Positions 1 to 12,700 of a stretch of DNA of 64,000 nt are shown piece by piece. Below the pieces are notes generated by a model. That model saw nothing but the letters and a program-made list of their open reading frames with translations, had not been told where the DNA came from and made no database searches. Origin of the DNA: Catajapyx aquilonaris (taxonomy: Eukaryota). Position 1 is the first letter of the stretch, and every line of letters starts with the position of its first letter. Position numbers and translations under genes: made by a program. The stretch covers positions 1 through 64,000 of the forward strand of contig KZ538343.1 in NCBI GenBank assembly GCA_000934665.2, given 5' to 3'.

Positions 1-189
1 CGGGCGTATTCAAAAATAGACAACAGCCCTTTCCCTCCAATGGTGGTAATCCACCCCCCTATAGACGAAAAAGGTCATCACGGGGTACTTAAAAAAAAAA
101 AAAAAATCGTAGATTTCCATGGTAATGCCCTCATTACATTGTAGGCCTACCACCATAACATACCCGGGCAACGCCGGGTAACCTGCTAG
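1..189 (+). mobile_element. 3' end of a Helitron-type element
   Basis: GC-rich hairpin CCCGGGCAACGCCGGG (163-178), then CTAG (186-189) and T, the canonical Helitron 3' terminus. Confidence 0.65.
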
Positions 190-1531
190 TATATATATAT
201 ATATATTTTTTATTACATCATAATAATGTATTATTGATTGCCTATTCCAGGCAGGATCAGTAGTAACAATTCGCATATGAAAGTAGCATGCTTACCCCTG
301 TCATAGAATATCCTTTGAAGCTCCATTTGTCCTCATTGCAAGCTGATTTCAGGGCAGCAACACCAGTACCAATAGCGCATATCAATTCTGCCAGGAAAAA
401 AATCAGTATAAGTTCTGAGAAGGTCCCCCAGCTTTCAAATGTATGTAATACTTTTGCCTTGCACAAAGTTGTTGAGAATCTGCCCCAGGTCTTTGTCATT
501 AGCCAGATCATAAGCAGCTCCCAGAGCATGTGGAATGACCAAAAATGAGTAGCGATTGGCTGTAATGGATTCAGCATCTTAAAAATTATTAATAACAACA
601 AGCCATTATTTTACTTGATACACAGGGTGTTCCAAATTCATGGGCTGTTTGTTAATATCTGACATCACCCAATAGTAGTTATTTTTTGTAGCTTGTTGGC
701 CCATTCTATAGCAACTTCACCATGGACAACCACAACTCCAGTTGAATCTAGATATAACAGCCTAGGCTGTAACAGACTTTCGGTTATTCCATAGCGAGTG
801 GTGTGAGTGACCCCTCATAGTTTTATTTTTACGCACGCACAAATTAATCTTGTCCATGTTTTCATGCCATATATTTTAGGAGAACTGTTCATGGGTGATT
901 CCAGGCGAGATGAGATATCGATATCCACCGACCATTTTTCTAGAATCTTGAATTTTGCACACCTAATTGTAATGTTCATAATATGTCAGTCTGTGAATTT
1001 TTCAATCCACTGGCACCCACTGGTCAAAATAAATGATCCGGTCAAAATAGACTTGGACTAAAATTTGATCATTGGTTGAACCGCCGCATATAGGCTACTA
1101 TTTGCATCACTGACACTCTTGAAGTAAGTGAATTTCAGTTCTAGAACGTTTGGCCAATATTTCTTGATGCTGCACATCGAGTTTCAGCCACATTGAGCAA
1201 TATTATACCATTAGGATGAGGAAAGGATGGGCCCAACATGAGGCCTTTTTTGGATTTTTGTTGCAGAGTGTAATGCGGCGATGATGATTTTGGCCTCAAA
1301 AAATAAGAGTCCGCATTGCGCATTAAAAAATCAGTTTCGGTAAAGCATTATTGGGCAAACCTTCCAGAACTGATATTCACCTCAAGCGCGTCCGTGATGC
1401 ACAGCTATAGTTGACGAAAACCGGCAGTTAACATAAGGATCAAAATTTTTAACCTAAGCCATTTTAGACCCGGGTAATTTCTCTTGACCTATGGATGCTA
1501 GCAGATTGGAAATATTCAAACAATGGCATGT

Positions 1532-1787
1532 CGAGGGTGATAGGTCAGAAGGGCGTATGAGCCTGTAAGGGAATTTTACATGAGAGGGAAAAAAGTTTCA
1601 TTATTTCAATATTCATTATAATTTTGCAACTTTTTTGTGCAGCAAACACACGTTTCAATGCAGATAAGATGTGTGCTGCACAAAAAAGTTACAAAATTAT
1701 AATGAATATTGAAATAATGAAACGTTTTTTCCCTCTCATGTAAAATTCCCTTACAGGCTCATACGCCCTTCTGACCTATCACCCTCG
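1532..1787. mobile_element. Mariner-type foldback MITE
   Basis: About 120-bp near-perfect inverted arms beginning CGAGGGTGATAGGTCAGAAGGGCG; TA TSD not intact. Confidence 0.8.
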
Positions 1788-1901
1788 TGTGACGTGCCAG
1801 GTAGGAATTGAGTATTAAAATATAGGTTTTCCACACCACAGAATTCATATTTGCTGTCAAAAATGCAACATGACACATATTTAGAAAAATTCCTGGATTA
1901 T

Positions 1902-2169
1902 AATAATAATAATAATGGATAATCCGTGATAGGCCCCTTTGGCCTCTTAGGGGATCATCTTTTGAAAACCCGACTTTTAATCATTTGCCTGTAATGTGAT
2001 GGATTTTGATAGTGGGAGGAAATGGGAGAACCCCGAGAAAACCCACGCGAACACGGAGAGAACCCATCGAAACTATCCACGTAAGCATCCTCCGTCCGAC
2101 CCGGGGATCGAACTCGGGACCTTAGAGGTGGAAGGCTGCGGCGCTAACCACTCTGCCACCGTGTCGCCC
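1902..2169 (-). mobile_element. tRNA-derived SINE, family A, with a V-/Meta-SINE-like core and (ATT)n tail
   Basis: A box TGGCAGAGTGG, B box GTTCGATCC, core GTGGGTTTTCTCGGGGTTCTCCCATTTCCTCCCAC; 16-bp TSD AAAATTCCTGGATTAT at 1886-1901 and 2170-2185. Confidence 0.9.
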
Positions 2170-2430
2170 AAAATTCCTGGATTATTTGTAATGTCCACTT
2201 CTACCATCCTGGGGTAGGCCCCAGGAAGCAGATTAAGAATGGCCTACTTATCAGTGGCCACCTACCCAAGAAGTCCCAGACCCGGATCTGTTGCCGTTTA
2301 CAAGTTATTCCAACCCTTCTATATTTGGAGTTCCAGGTAAAGCATTACTCCTGAAAAGAGATTACTTGGAAGGCCGAGAGTGGGAATCCTCTCGACAAGA
2401 TTCCGAGAGGGGTATAATCCTATCGACACT

Positions 2431-2480
2431 ATTCCAGTAGGCGTTATTCCGTAGGCGTTATTCCAGTAGGCGTTATTCCA
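2431..2480. repeat. Short tandem repeat, unit about TTATTCCAGTAGGCG, roughly 3.5 copies
   Basis: Directly visible. Confidence 0.7.
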
Positions 2481-3442
2481 CCCATCCGTAACCCCCCCAC
2501 CCTGGACCCAAAAAATACAGTTCCAATCAGCTATTTTAAGGTATAAAACCGCACCTGCGCAAATATTGCATGTGATGGATGATGTAAGTCATTTATTCCA
2601 AATTGAAAATAACTGTAAGGTGACCAGACATCCGGAATTTTCCGGGGCAGTCCCGAATTTTCATCCTTTGTCCCTGATTTTTTCAAGGGTTATTCGCCTA
2701 TTTGTCCCGGATTCCGCCAAACTGTCACGGTTAGGGCTAGTGTTGTAAAGGCCAAGGAAAAACTGATTTTGTTTTTTCCTAGGAAAATTTGGGTTTTTCT
2801 CGTTTTTTTACAAAGACCCAGATTTTTAACAGAAAATCTGCACAGATTATGTTTCAAATATTTAACACATAAAATGATGAGATCAGAGCTCCCACAATCA
2901 TAAAATATTTCATTTTTTGTGATGTAGGCTATACCAACTTGTCAGTACAAAAATGGAAAAACTAATCTAGGCCAGTGGCGGAGCCAGGAGGGTGCTAGGG
3001 GGTGCGCAAGAACCCCTTTGAATAACCTCCGCACCCCCTGTCGCACACCTAAAAATGTGTCAATTAAAAGAGCAATTTTTAAAATAAATGTTCAGTACGC
3101 ATTTTCCGGCCGGCAGTATGTATATACAGTACACTACAGGGTATATACAGGGAGCATATCATATGGTGAGCCCGTAACCACTAACCAGGCATGGGCGAAT
3201 CTGACTCAACAGGCAAACTAAACTGCCATCCATCATTATTGCAGAACCCAAGCAGCGCGAGGGAGGCCGGGAGGGGAGGGGGGAGGGAGGGGGGAGGGAA
3301 CTCGAAAAGGCCATGTTTCAAGCGAACTTTGGCTTTGAGGCACAGGCACCGCTCCGGTACCGCCCTCTCATCCTGGGATGGTTGGGACGGGTCCACCAGA
3401 TGCAACAACCCATCTGGAGAAACTGGAAGGAGGGCAGTTGTA

Positions 3443-3845
3443 CAGTACCCTGCATTAATGGCCATGCACAGACATCGCCACCTGTCCAAGAACGAGCGGA
3501 ATTAGGCGCCGGTGGACTGCGTCCAAAATACTTGGACAGCTCAAGATATCGCGGTTGATTCAAACGCTTGCTACAAAGATGGATCACAGCGGATCACAGA
3601 TGTATCTGTGGGATGAATATTATAAGGCCATTGCGATTCCTATCAATGTATTGAGGTTGTGAACCAGTTATTACACGTACCACGTGAATGCCTGTTAATC
3701 CACCGCGATGTCTTGAGCAGCCTTGAGCGGACTCGTGAGAAGCCTTGAGCTGTCCCAAGTATTTTGGACGCAACCAACTTCATCTACTTCCGCTCGTTCC
3801 CGCCAGATGGCGGTGTCTGTGCATGGCCATTAACGCAGGGGACTG
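3443..3845. mobile_element. Tc1/mariner/pogo-type MITE
   Basis: TIR CAGT(A)CCCTGC(A/G)TTAATGGCCATGCACAGACA, TA on both sides. Confidence 0.85.
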
Positions 3846-3904
3846 TACAGTTCGATTTATGAAGCTTATTAGAACGATCACGGGGTATAGGCTATCAGTC
3901 CTGC

Positions 3905-3905
<1 letters not shown>

Positions 3906-3976
<71 letters not shown>

Positions 3977-4269
3977 TTGATACCCCATTATCAGCCTACG
4001 GGCCTTCCTAGGGGGGGATTTCTCCCAATTTTTTTGTCTGGAACTCTTCCATTTTTTACTATTTTTTTCATCTTCGGAATGAAGCAGGGAAAGGGAAGGA
4101 AGGAAGCGGCTGTGGCCTATATTACGGTAACGACCCCGGAATTATCCTGCAAGGACCATGGGAAACCACAGAAAACCATGGTCAGGGTCGCCGGCCTCCG
4201 GGATTCGAACCAAGGACCTTCCGATTAGCAGTCGGATACCCTATCCACTCCACCACTACTGCTTCGGTG
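3906..4269 (-). mobile_element. tRNA-derived SINE, family B, with a long (ATT)n tail
   Basis: B box GGTTCGAATCC; (AAT)n at about 3906-3977; 18-bp TSD TAGGCTATCAGTCCTGCT at 3888-3905 and 4270-4287. Confidence 0.9.
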
Positions 4270-5860
4270 TAGGCTATCAGTCCTGCTCAAAGGTATAGGT
4301 CAGCATTTCTTCACCTAGAAGTGACACTTGACAAATCACAGTACTTCGTTCCTGTTCCTAATGACGCACCTTTGCTGCTGGAATAATAATAATAATGGAC
4401 ACAATAATAAATAACAAAAAATTTAATAACCCCGGGTACTTTTATGGGCGTCTCTTTACATTTCTGCCAACAATACGAATCTCCTGGTGTCGGAAACATA
4501 CGTGATTCGTGCTGAAGACAAGCGCCAGCATGAGAGGGTTACTTTTTTTGTCTTCAGCGTAATAGTAATGTTATGCTGGCGCTATTTGTGACACATCTGG
4601 CACGAATCACGTATGCAAAATAATGTTTCCGGCACCAGGAGATTCGTAGGCCTAATTGTTGTCCGAAATGCAATAAAGAGACGCCCATAAAAGTACCTGG
4701 GGTTGTTTAATTTTTTGTTATTTATTATTGTGTCCATTATTATTATTCCAGCAAAGGTGCGCCATTAGGAACAGGAACGAAGTACCGTGATTTGTCGAGT
4801 GTCACTTCTAGGTGAAGAAATCCTGACCTATACCTTTGAGCAGGACTTATACCCCGCGATCGTTCTAACAAGCTTCATAAATCGTACAACTGCCCTCCTT
4901 CCGATGCCTGTTTCTCCAGATGGGATGTTGCATCTGGTGGACACCCCCCCCCCCCCCCCCCNTGTTTGAAATAGCATTAGAAATTGCTAATTCCTGATTT
5001 TGTTTTTGTTTTTTGAAAAAGTGCTACCAATTTCATCAAATACACACCCATTCAAATTTCCCATATTCACCTAAACTCGTGTGACCTTGAACCCTCCAAA
5101 AAATTCCCCATGCGGCGGGCTTTCTCCCCGCCCCGAATCGAAGCATCTCTTGCTAAAATTCGAGCCCCTTATCCGCACCCCCTTCATATCTGAGGCTGGC
5201 TCCGCCACTGATCTAGGCTACAGTTCTGGACATCAGTAGCCCTATCACTACTGCTTGTGTCACCATTTTTTTTGTTCGAATCACATTCCACCACAGTAAA
5301 AGTGCAACAAAGCAGGGTTTTTTTATGAGTTTTAAAATTACTTCTCATCGTGACCCTTTTCTTTTTCCCAAGAAATGTAGGCTAATGTCGAATATGGAGT
5401 TTGACTACAACTTGTACTTTATTATCCCATGCACACATTTTTCTGGTATTTATACCTTGAATATATTATGCTCTTTGTATATATTTCAGCCAATTCCCAC
5501 AGAGTCTGTTGGGTCATTTGCCAGTTGTAATTATCTTGCATTTTCATCTTGCATAAAATATCTTGCATTTTCATTTAAATAACTGGCAGATGTCAATACA
5601 CTGGATATGGATATAATGTTTTGGATGATTTTGGATGTCTAAATTTTCAGCATGTTGACGAAAGGAACCAAGCAGCATGCAAACCAGTTAAAAATAAGTA
5701 ACTAACTGGTCAGTTACATTCACCTAAGCCTGTGTGAGCTTGAACAGTAAAAAAAAAATTCGCCTGCGATGGTCTCTCCACTCTTCCCTCACATAACCCC
5801 CCCCCCCCCCTTACAAATTTCCTGGCTATGCCTCTGCCTGTCTCATTCACTTACATTATA

Positions 5861-6025
5861 CAGGGTGACTCTAAAGTCTGGATACATAGGTAATTGGATT
5901 GTGTTGTTGGTTTCCAATTGTGCCAACCAGCAGATTATTGACAGTCAGTAATGGTTGAGTTGGCACAACTGGCAACCAACAATGCAATTCAATTACCTAT
6001 GGATCCAGACTTTAGAGTCACCCTG
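5861..6025. mobile_element. Tc1/mariner-type palindromic MITE
   Basis: TIR CAGGGTGACTCTAAAGTCTGGAT extending about 65 bp, TA TSD. Confidence 0.88.
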
Positions 6026-6387
6026 TAATTTTGTCTCTTTTACACCAATCTCACTTTACACCACTGTCTAGCTGGAACCAATTGCCTGTGTAAAATGGGT
6101 ACCACCTGTATTCCCCTCTATTCAGTATGTCAATGGCACCAGTTAGCTAAGCTCACTTTTAAGAGGATTTTAAGTTTCATGCTTGTCAAGCAACATCATA
6201 TTGTCCGCAATAAGGAGAAAGGGCAAATATACCATTTGAGACATTTTACAGGAGAGGTAAAAATAGGTTGAAAATAGTCTTCACAAATCACAGTATCACT
6301 GTATAACCACTTTCGTGTACAGGCACTGTTCCACGTACCCATTTATCCTTACACCAAAACCTGCGGTGGGTGAAATTTTCAGCTTAA

Positions 6388-7826
6388 CCCCTTCGCCCCC
6401 AGCCACCTAGAATCTAGGAGATGAGAACACAACTGCAGAGTATACCAGCTATAGTAGACTCCCTCCTAATGTGGCAGGGTGGGGGTTTCTGGCAATGCCC
6501 CCCACTTGCCCCGCGCCGCTCCCTCCCTCCTCTACCCCCTACCTCCCGCTGCCTTCTACGTCACGTCCCTCCGCCACGCATACCTCTTAAGCCCTACTGT
6601 GATGACAATTAAACTTGGAAATATTGATGACGTGAATTGTTGCGACGCACATCTTAAAGCAAACCTTTAATGACAATTTGTACACATGGTTTCAAGTATC
6701 CGGCCTAGCTTCCGGCGAAGCATCCGGCGACTGATCCTGCGGATGTTCCGGTGAATGTCACTCATCCCCACTCCACCTCAGCTCCACCTCGACTCCTCCG
6801 TTACCCCCCACCCCAATCCAGGCACGCCATTGGCTGGGAGTATTGGGTGGGGGGACTGCCAAGTTAACCCGCCGGGGACTATATACTGCCATTGCCTGGA
6901 TTTTTTTTGCTTCCATTCAACTTGTAAATAAGGAATATATAATTTACAAATAATAACACCTATATTTATACATTCATTCTCTACACAATGCATGTGTTGG
7001 AAACAATTTTACATGCATAGAGGTCTGTTAATTAATTTTCAAAAAGATCGTCGCAGAGTATACCAACTATATTTCCATCGCCTAGATTCTCGCTTCTGTT
7101 GAACTCACACTTACTCTGAAGCTACGGACAAGATATTTTACAAATAGTGACAGTTATACTTATCTGTTCATGCAAAACACAACATATGTATTGGAAACAA
7201 TTTTCCTCGTCTATAATCTGTCTAATATCTGTAAATTAATGTCCAAAAAGATCGCTGTAAAAATCAGGAAATCCAAGTACTACTGGTTAACTGTTAAGCT
7301 GATTTAATTATGAAATACGTTACAATATACAGAATAACAATCTTGAGAATGGTGGCAGACGACTTTGCTGAAATTGTTGTACTCTTTGAGAAATAAATTA
7401 ATACTTATATGCAACTTGCCAGTCACTTTGGAGAACTTTCAAATTTATTCATTTCTCGAAAAGTACGACGATTTCAGCACATTCATCTGGCATGGTTTTC
7501 AAGGTTGACATTCCATATATTTGAATGTATTTCAAAATTAAATCAGCTAAACAGTTGGTCGGTAGTACTTGGATTTCGCGATTTTAAGGCGATATTTTTG
7601 GAAATTAATTTGTGGACTTTCAGACTAGTAAAATTGTCTTCAACACATACTTTGTCTAGAGCATGAACGTGTAAGTATACTGTAGCTGTAATTATTTGTA
7701 ATATATCCTGTCCTTATCTTCAGAGTGCATGTAAGTTGAAGGGAAGCGAGAAAAATCTAGTCGATGGCGGTTAGCTGATGGTCAAGTTCTAATCGCCTAG
7801 ATTTTAGATAGCTGGGGGCAAAGGAG
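6388..7826. mobile_element. piggyBac-like non-autonomous element with an internal long inverted repeat (about 7078-7318 vs 7527-7766)
   Basis: TTAA on both sides; about 31-bp imperfect TIR C(C/T)CCTT(C/T)GCCCCCAGC...AATCTAGG. Confidence 0.75.
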
Positions 7827-8152
7827 TTAAAATACACACTTTCGCCATTTTCTGAAGAACAGTATATTCACCCTTTCTCCTATTGCTGAATGATATTATC
7901 TATGATGGGGAAGGGAGGGGCAGTAGTATTCCTCCTATTTTCAGGCTTTCATGACCTTGACCTAGGAAAGTTATGGTAACATGGGCTACTACCTCCTAAA
8001 CCTAGAGAGTCATCAGGAACAAAATCACCTGTCTGACAAACTCTCACCACCAGTTCAGCAACTGCCAGCAACAAATCTCTAGAAAATAGAAGACATGCTA
8101 TTTTCTGGTAACATTCAGGGGCCCATGTGCAATGTTTTTCTGATGGTATTAA

Positions 8153-8415
8153 CCCTGGAACCGTGCCGTGGGGTCTTTTCGGACCCCAAAGGAATTAAAA
8201 TGCATTTAAATTACAATTACAATGAACTGTTTGCCATTTTTTAAAAGTATATAACAGGAAGTGCAGGTTTATTTTGAATTAGCGATCATTTTAGGCAATG
8301 TTCAAAGAATGATTGTATATAGCCAATACATTGAAAAGTACCGTATTATGTAAAAATTAATAAAAATTAAAATAAGGCGTGGGGTCCTAAAAGACCCCAT
8401 GGCATGGTTCCAGGG
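8153..8415. mobile_element. piggyBac-like MITE
   Basis: TTAA TSD; TIR CCCTGGAACC(G/A)TGCC(G/A)TGGGGTCTTTT(C/A)GGACCCCA with an internal palindrome. Confidence 0.88.
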
Positions 8416-10027
8416 TTAATTTACTGAAAAGTTAATTCCCTATAGGTGAAGGAAGGTGCAGATTGTTCCAGATTTGTATATTTTTTGCACATATGACCAC
8501 ATCCTTCCACATGGCATTAGTTGGATGACTAATGTTTCTCTCCTAGCCATGTTGTGGTGCTACACTATTGCAACCATTAATAACTCACAGAGCTGCAATA
8601 AATTTGGACATAATTACGGTCTATAACATCCAGGCTGACAGGCACAGCAAATGCTTTAGACTGGAAGTCAATCAACCATCTCCGGTTGTGGTCATCACTT
8701 TGCTGGAACTTGGGCACCATTCCCTGAAACATTGTCAAAAATGTGTGACTACAAGAATTGGCCTGTTACTGTGCAGTTATGACACTTACACCAGGGGTGG
8801 CAAGTTGGACCGTGTAAGCGGAATGTGTCAGGGTGAAACAGTTGATGAAAGACTGCGATGAAACTCCTAGGGAAGAAAAAAAATCTTTTGAGTACTCTAT
8901 ACGAAAAAGTCATTTGCCATAAATTTCTTGCCTGACCTTCTTTGCAGGCAGGCAAAACGATCAGACAGCTCTGCTTGCTGCCGATCCTGGGGGCCGCCAT
9001 CTTTAACATGGATCCTGCAGTGTTACCAACCTAACTTGTTTGATTCCTCTCAGGAGGGCGCTAAATTACCAGATTTTACCCGCACTCAATGATAAATACC
9101 TACCATTTACCTCTATTTCAAATTTTCTACTTAATTACTGTTATCTTTAAAGATTCCTATTTTCCATAGTTAATGCATATGGCGCATACACAGGTTGGCG
9201 GCAGCTTCGAGTTGTTCCACTCTAGTAATCTTGCTTGTAATGTTAACGAAAACTCTGAAATAATTGAATGCGCATGGTTTACATCAGCTTCTTCCGGTTT
9301 GATGCACTTGTTGTTAATGTATTGAAACACCTAAGTGCAAACAAAAAAAACGGCTAATTCTGCACTTTGCGATAAATTCCCTAGGCCTGTCGCCTGTAGG
9401 TACCATCAGGGATTACTTAATACGCTTAATACTTATTGTATAATATTATAAAGATATTATCAAAATAAATAATTCCTGGTGCCATTTAAAAGATGGGGAC
9501 ACTTACCTGATAGGTCCCTTAGGCCGCTTAGGGTATGAATAAGTATTGATGTGTTGCCTATCTCTGAAGCTCAAAAGATGAATAATTATGTCCTAAGAAT
9601 ATGATAACACCGCACGAGAATGGCAGAAAATGATACATGTTCACTTACATACAATAGCAGCTTGAGGGAGACACAAAATGGATGCATACTTTTGGTCAGT
9701 CAGATCAATACCTGCATAGTTATTGTGCAGTATAAAATGTAAATAATGGAACTTGCACATATTCCACTCCCCATTAAATTGGTTGGAAACGTATGATCCC
9801 TGATACCATGAAAAAATACCTGCCCCTCATGTAGTTTGGATGAAAATGGAATGAAGATAAACTACCGTATGACTCATTTGTTAAAACTGTTTTTGACCCT
9901 TCCTTTGCCGATAATGTGGTGGCAATATGTGTGGCTGTTACGAAGAACTCTTTTAATTTCAGGTTTGAAAAGGTATTTGAAAAAAAAAATCGTCTGCTAA
10001 GCTGCAGACAACAAGAATGACTCATTT

Positions 10028-11525
10028 TCCGATATAACAGACTTCAATGGACTGCGGAATTCAGTCTGTTACAACCGAGATCTGTTGTAGGAAGATACAC
10101 AGGGCATATATGGCAGTATGGCCGGTCCCAGCATACTTCCAAAAGGCCCTGTGCATATTCACTCCGGATATAACAGACTCATTTTTCACCTCACATCAGC
10201 TATAGCAGACAATTTCTTGGCCCTTCTGTGGGAAAATATGCTGTTTTCGATTACTCGGCATCTACTTCCCACTTCTAGCCATTTAGTTCCTCGACATTTC
10301 CGAGCATACTGTCGTACTCTGTACAAAGAAATTCGTGGTTTTTACAGTTGCATTGCTTTGTAGCCCACTGACTTTTTGTACACCCACTGCAGATTTAGTT
10401 GATTTCTGCATTACTTTAGGAAGTTGAGACTTTAGTGCCTCCCTCATTAGTCCTTCAGAATCAAAAACTCTTGCAGGGATCGAAGTGCATCACAGTACAA
10501 AAATATGACAACGGATTGAGAAATTCTTGTTATACGCTTATGTGGGAGCACACACCAACAATAGTTGAAAAAAAAAACGATAATATTGTGTATGATACTG
10601 TACATCTTGAAAGGAATCATTTCCACGGTGCACAGTGTGGTTCGAAATCAAATTCCGCACCTGTTTGTTTCTTTTGAAGGTGTAGTGGAGTGTTTCTCAA
10701 CCGAGGTTCTGCGAGCAATCGCCAGGATTCCACTAGAAATAGTGATGAGTAAGCTAATCACGGTCATGTAAATGTATTTTTGAGTCACAAAAATAATTTT
10801 TATATAAGAGTTCCATGAGACGAATATTATTTCAAGGGTTCCGCTAGGGTAAAAAGGTTGAGAAACACTGGTGAAGTGCGTCATTCTCTTGCATTTGTCA
10901 TACTCCCTATAATTATTTTCATTTCCAATATTGTGCTTGGTCAGTGTTAGGTATTTCGGAAATCAGTCTGTTTTAACCGAGGTCTGTTATTGCCATCCCG
11001 CCATTTTTGCACCGAATACACACGGTTTTCTGCATTCCATTTGCCTGTAATGCACACTACCGCATACGGATTGATTTCTATCTACAAAATGCGAAATTGG
11101 CTCATCCGTAAATAACGCAGGACCAAAAAAAATCCGTAATTTTTCCTGCCTTCAATTTTATCAGAAAAAGTATGACTTTGACCTTTTCGGCAAGTGTTAT
11201 AGATCAGTGACACTTGGGAAAATCACACCCTTTCCAGTATGCAGTGCTTCAAGCAGTGCTTTCCTCGCGTGGGAAGTAGACGCCGAGTAATCGAAAACAG
11301 CATATTTTCCCACAGAAGGGCCAAGAAATTGTCTGTTATAGCCAATGTGAGGTGAAAAATGAGTCTGTTATATCCGGAGTGAATATGCACAGGGCCTTTT
11401 CGAAGTATGAGCTGGGACCGGCCATACTGCCATATATGCCCTTTGTATCTTCCTACAACAGATCTCTGTTGTAACAGACTGAATTCCGCAGTCCATTGAA
11501 GTCTGTTATATCCGGAGGCTACTTG
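10028..11525. mobile_element. pogo/Tigger-like non-autonomous element with about 240-bp inverted arms; left tip truncated
   Basis: 10028-10270 pairs with about 11268-11513; repeated CCGGATATAACAGACT motif; related copy at 32919-33408. Confidence 0.8.
10688..10870. mobile_element. hAT MITE nested in the Tigger-like element
   Basis: TIR (C/G)AGTGTTTCTCAACC; 8-bp TSD GTGTAGTG / GTGAAGTG with one mismatch. Confidence 0.8.
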
Positions 11526-12296
11526 TAGTTGGAGATCTATGTAACCATGTAATGTTATTAATGCATGAAATGCAGTTATTCACGTATACTACTTCACATA
11601 CAGGCCTAAAGAACTCTTGTTTTTATCCCAATTCACCATGAAAGACTCAGTTTGCCATAATATATGGCAAATGCGATACTTGAGAATACATAAACAATTG
11701 TCTAGATTCGACACTATGCACTCTACAGAGAAGATGAAAGTGTCGTCTTGAAGGACATTCTATGCTCTTTCATTTATGTCCAGTTCACTTTCCATTAAAA
11801 CCAAGTCGTCTCCGTGATAAAAAATGTTTTTGTCCAACATATCCGATTTGGCCGCCATGTTTTCAAGATGGCGGCTTTTGGGGCGACCGGACAGTCGCAG
11901 ACTGTGTTCCATCGTTTTCAGCGCCATTTTTTGCTATAGAATCAGTTGACACCATTTCTGTTGCAGTTTGTTCTAGGTCCATCAACAATTTGACTGGACT
12001 AAAGCGGCAGAAAAAGGAGTCTGGCTCGCTCGGCTTGTAGCATGCTTATCTTCGATTCCGTCTTCTGCCGCTTTGGAAAAATGTCGCTGGCGGTTGCCTC
12101 GATATATGGCCAGCACTGTACTGTAATAAGAAAAAATTACGTTTGCCGAGTGAGGTAGGCCTACAGTACTGTACTATGTATGTATAGTGTTTAAAAAAAG
12201 TTGGGCACATGTTCTGAATAGGGCTCATTTTTTTAAATGGCCGACATCTTGAATTTTCCTAACTTTTTTAGAAAAAATTATTCATGTCTAATTCAA

Positions 12297-12700
12297 CAGG
12301 GCCATCGAAAAATAATGCTTGGATTTTGAAACCCTATAACTCGGAAACTTGTAGACATATCTGAATGATTTAAGTTTTGAAATGCTAACAAATGTCTGAA
12401 GTTATGTCTCGCCTTAGCTTGTTCTGATATGAGCTTCATTTGTTGATCGGAAGATAGAAAAGACGGTCAGTAATCGGTGTCATGCCAAAAACCCGCTCAA
12501 CCATATCTGGAGTTACCATTGAAATCCTACCATGTAGGTGCTGGATACGGTACACCGTCTGTACATCACACACATTGCTCTTGATGATACCACAACTTTA
12601 GACACGTCTTAGCATTTCAAAACTTAAATAATTAAGATACGGCTGCAAGTTATCGAGTTATAGGGTTTTTAAATCCAAGCATTCTTTTTCAATGACCATG
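12297..12700. mobile_element. Tc1/mariner-type MITE
   Basis: About 105-bp imperfect inverted arms (CAGGGCCATCGAAAAATAATGCTTGGATTT... / ...AAATCCAAGCATTCTTTTTCAATGACCATG-TA). Confidence 0.75.

Larger units (their letters stand above)
3391..4942. mobile_element. Long foldback element nested in the hAT element; left arm interrupted by a MITE and a SINE
   Basis: After removing 3443-3845 and 3906-4287, the left arm (GTCCACCAGATGCAAC...) pairs with about 4600-4942 over more than 300 bp. Confidence 0.8.
2973..5210. mobile_element. Non-autonomous hAT element carrying nested insertions
   Basis: 15-bp TIR CAGTGGCGGAGCCAG; perfect 8-bp TSD ATCTAGGC at 2965-2972 and 5211-5218. Confidence 0.9.

Noticed and set aside
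257..601. 114-aa ORF with faint resemblance to a LINE endonuclease
   Set aside because: No intact diagnostic motif; too degenerate to call without a search.
2090..2169. tRNA-like sequences (also about 4195-4269 and 38557-38620)
   Set aside because: These are SINE heads attached to SINE bodies, two with tails and TSDs, not standalone tRNA genes.
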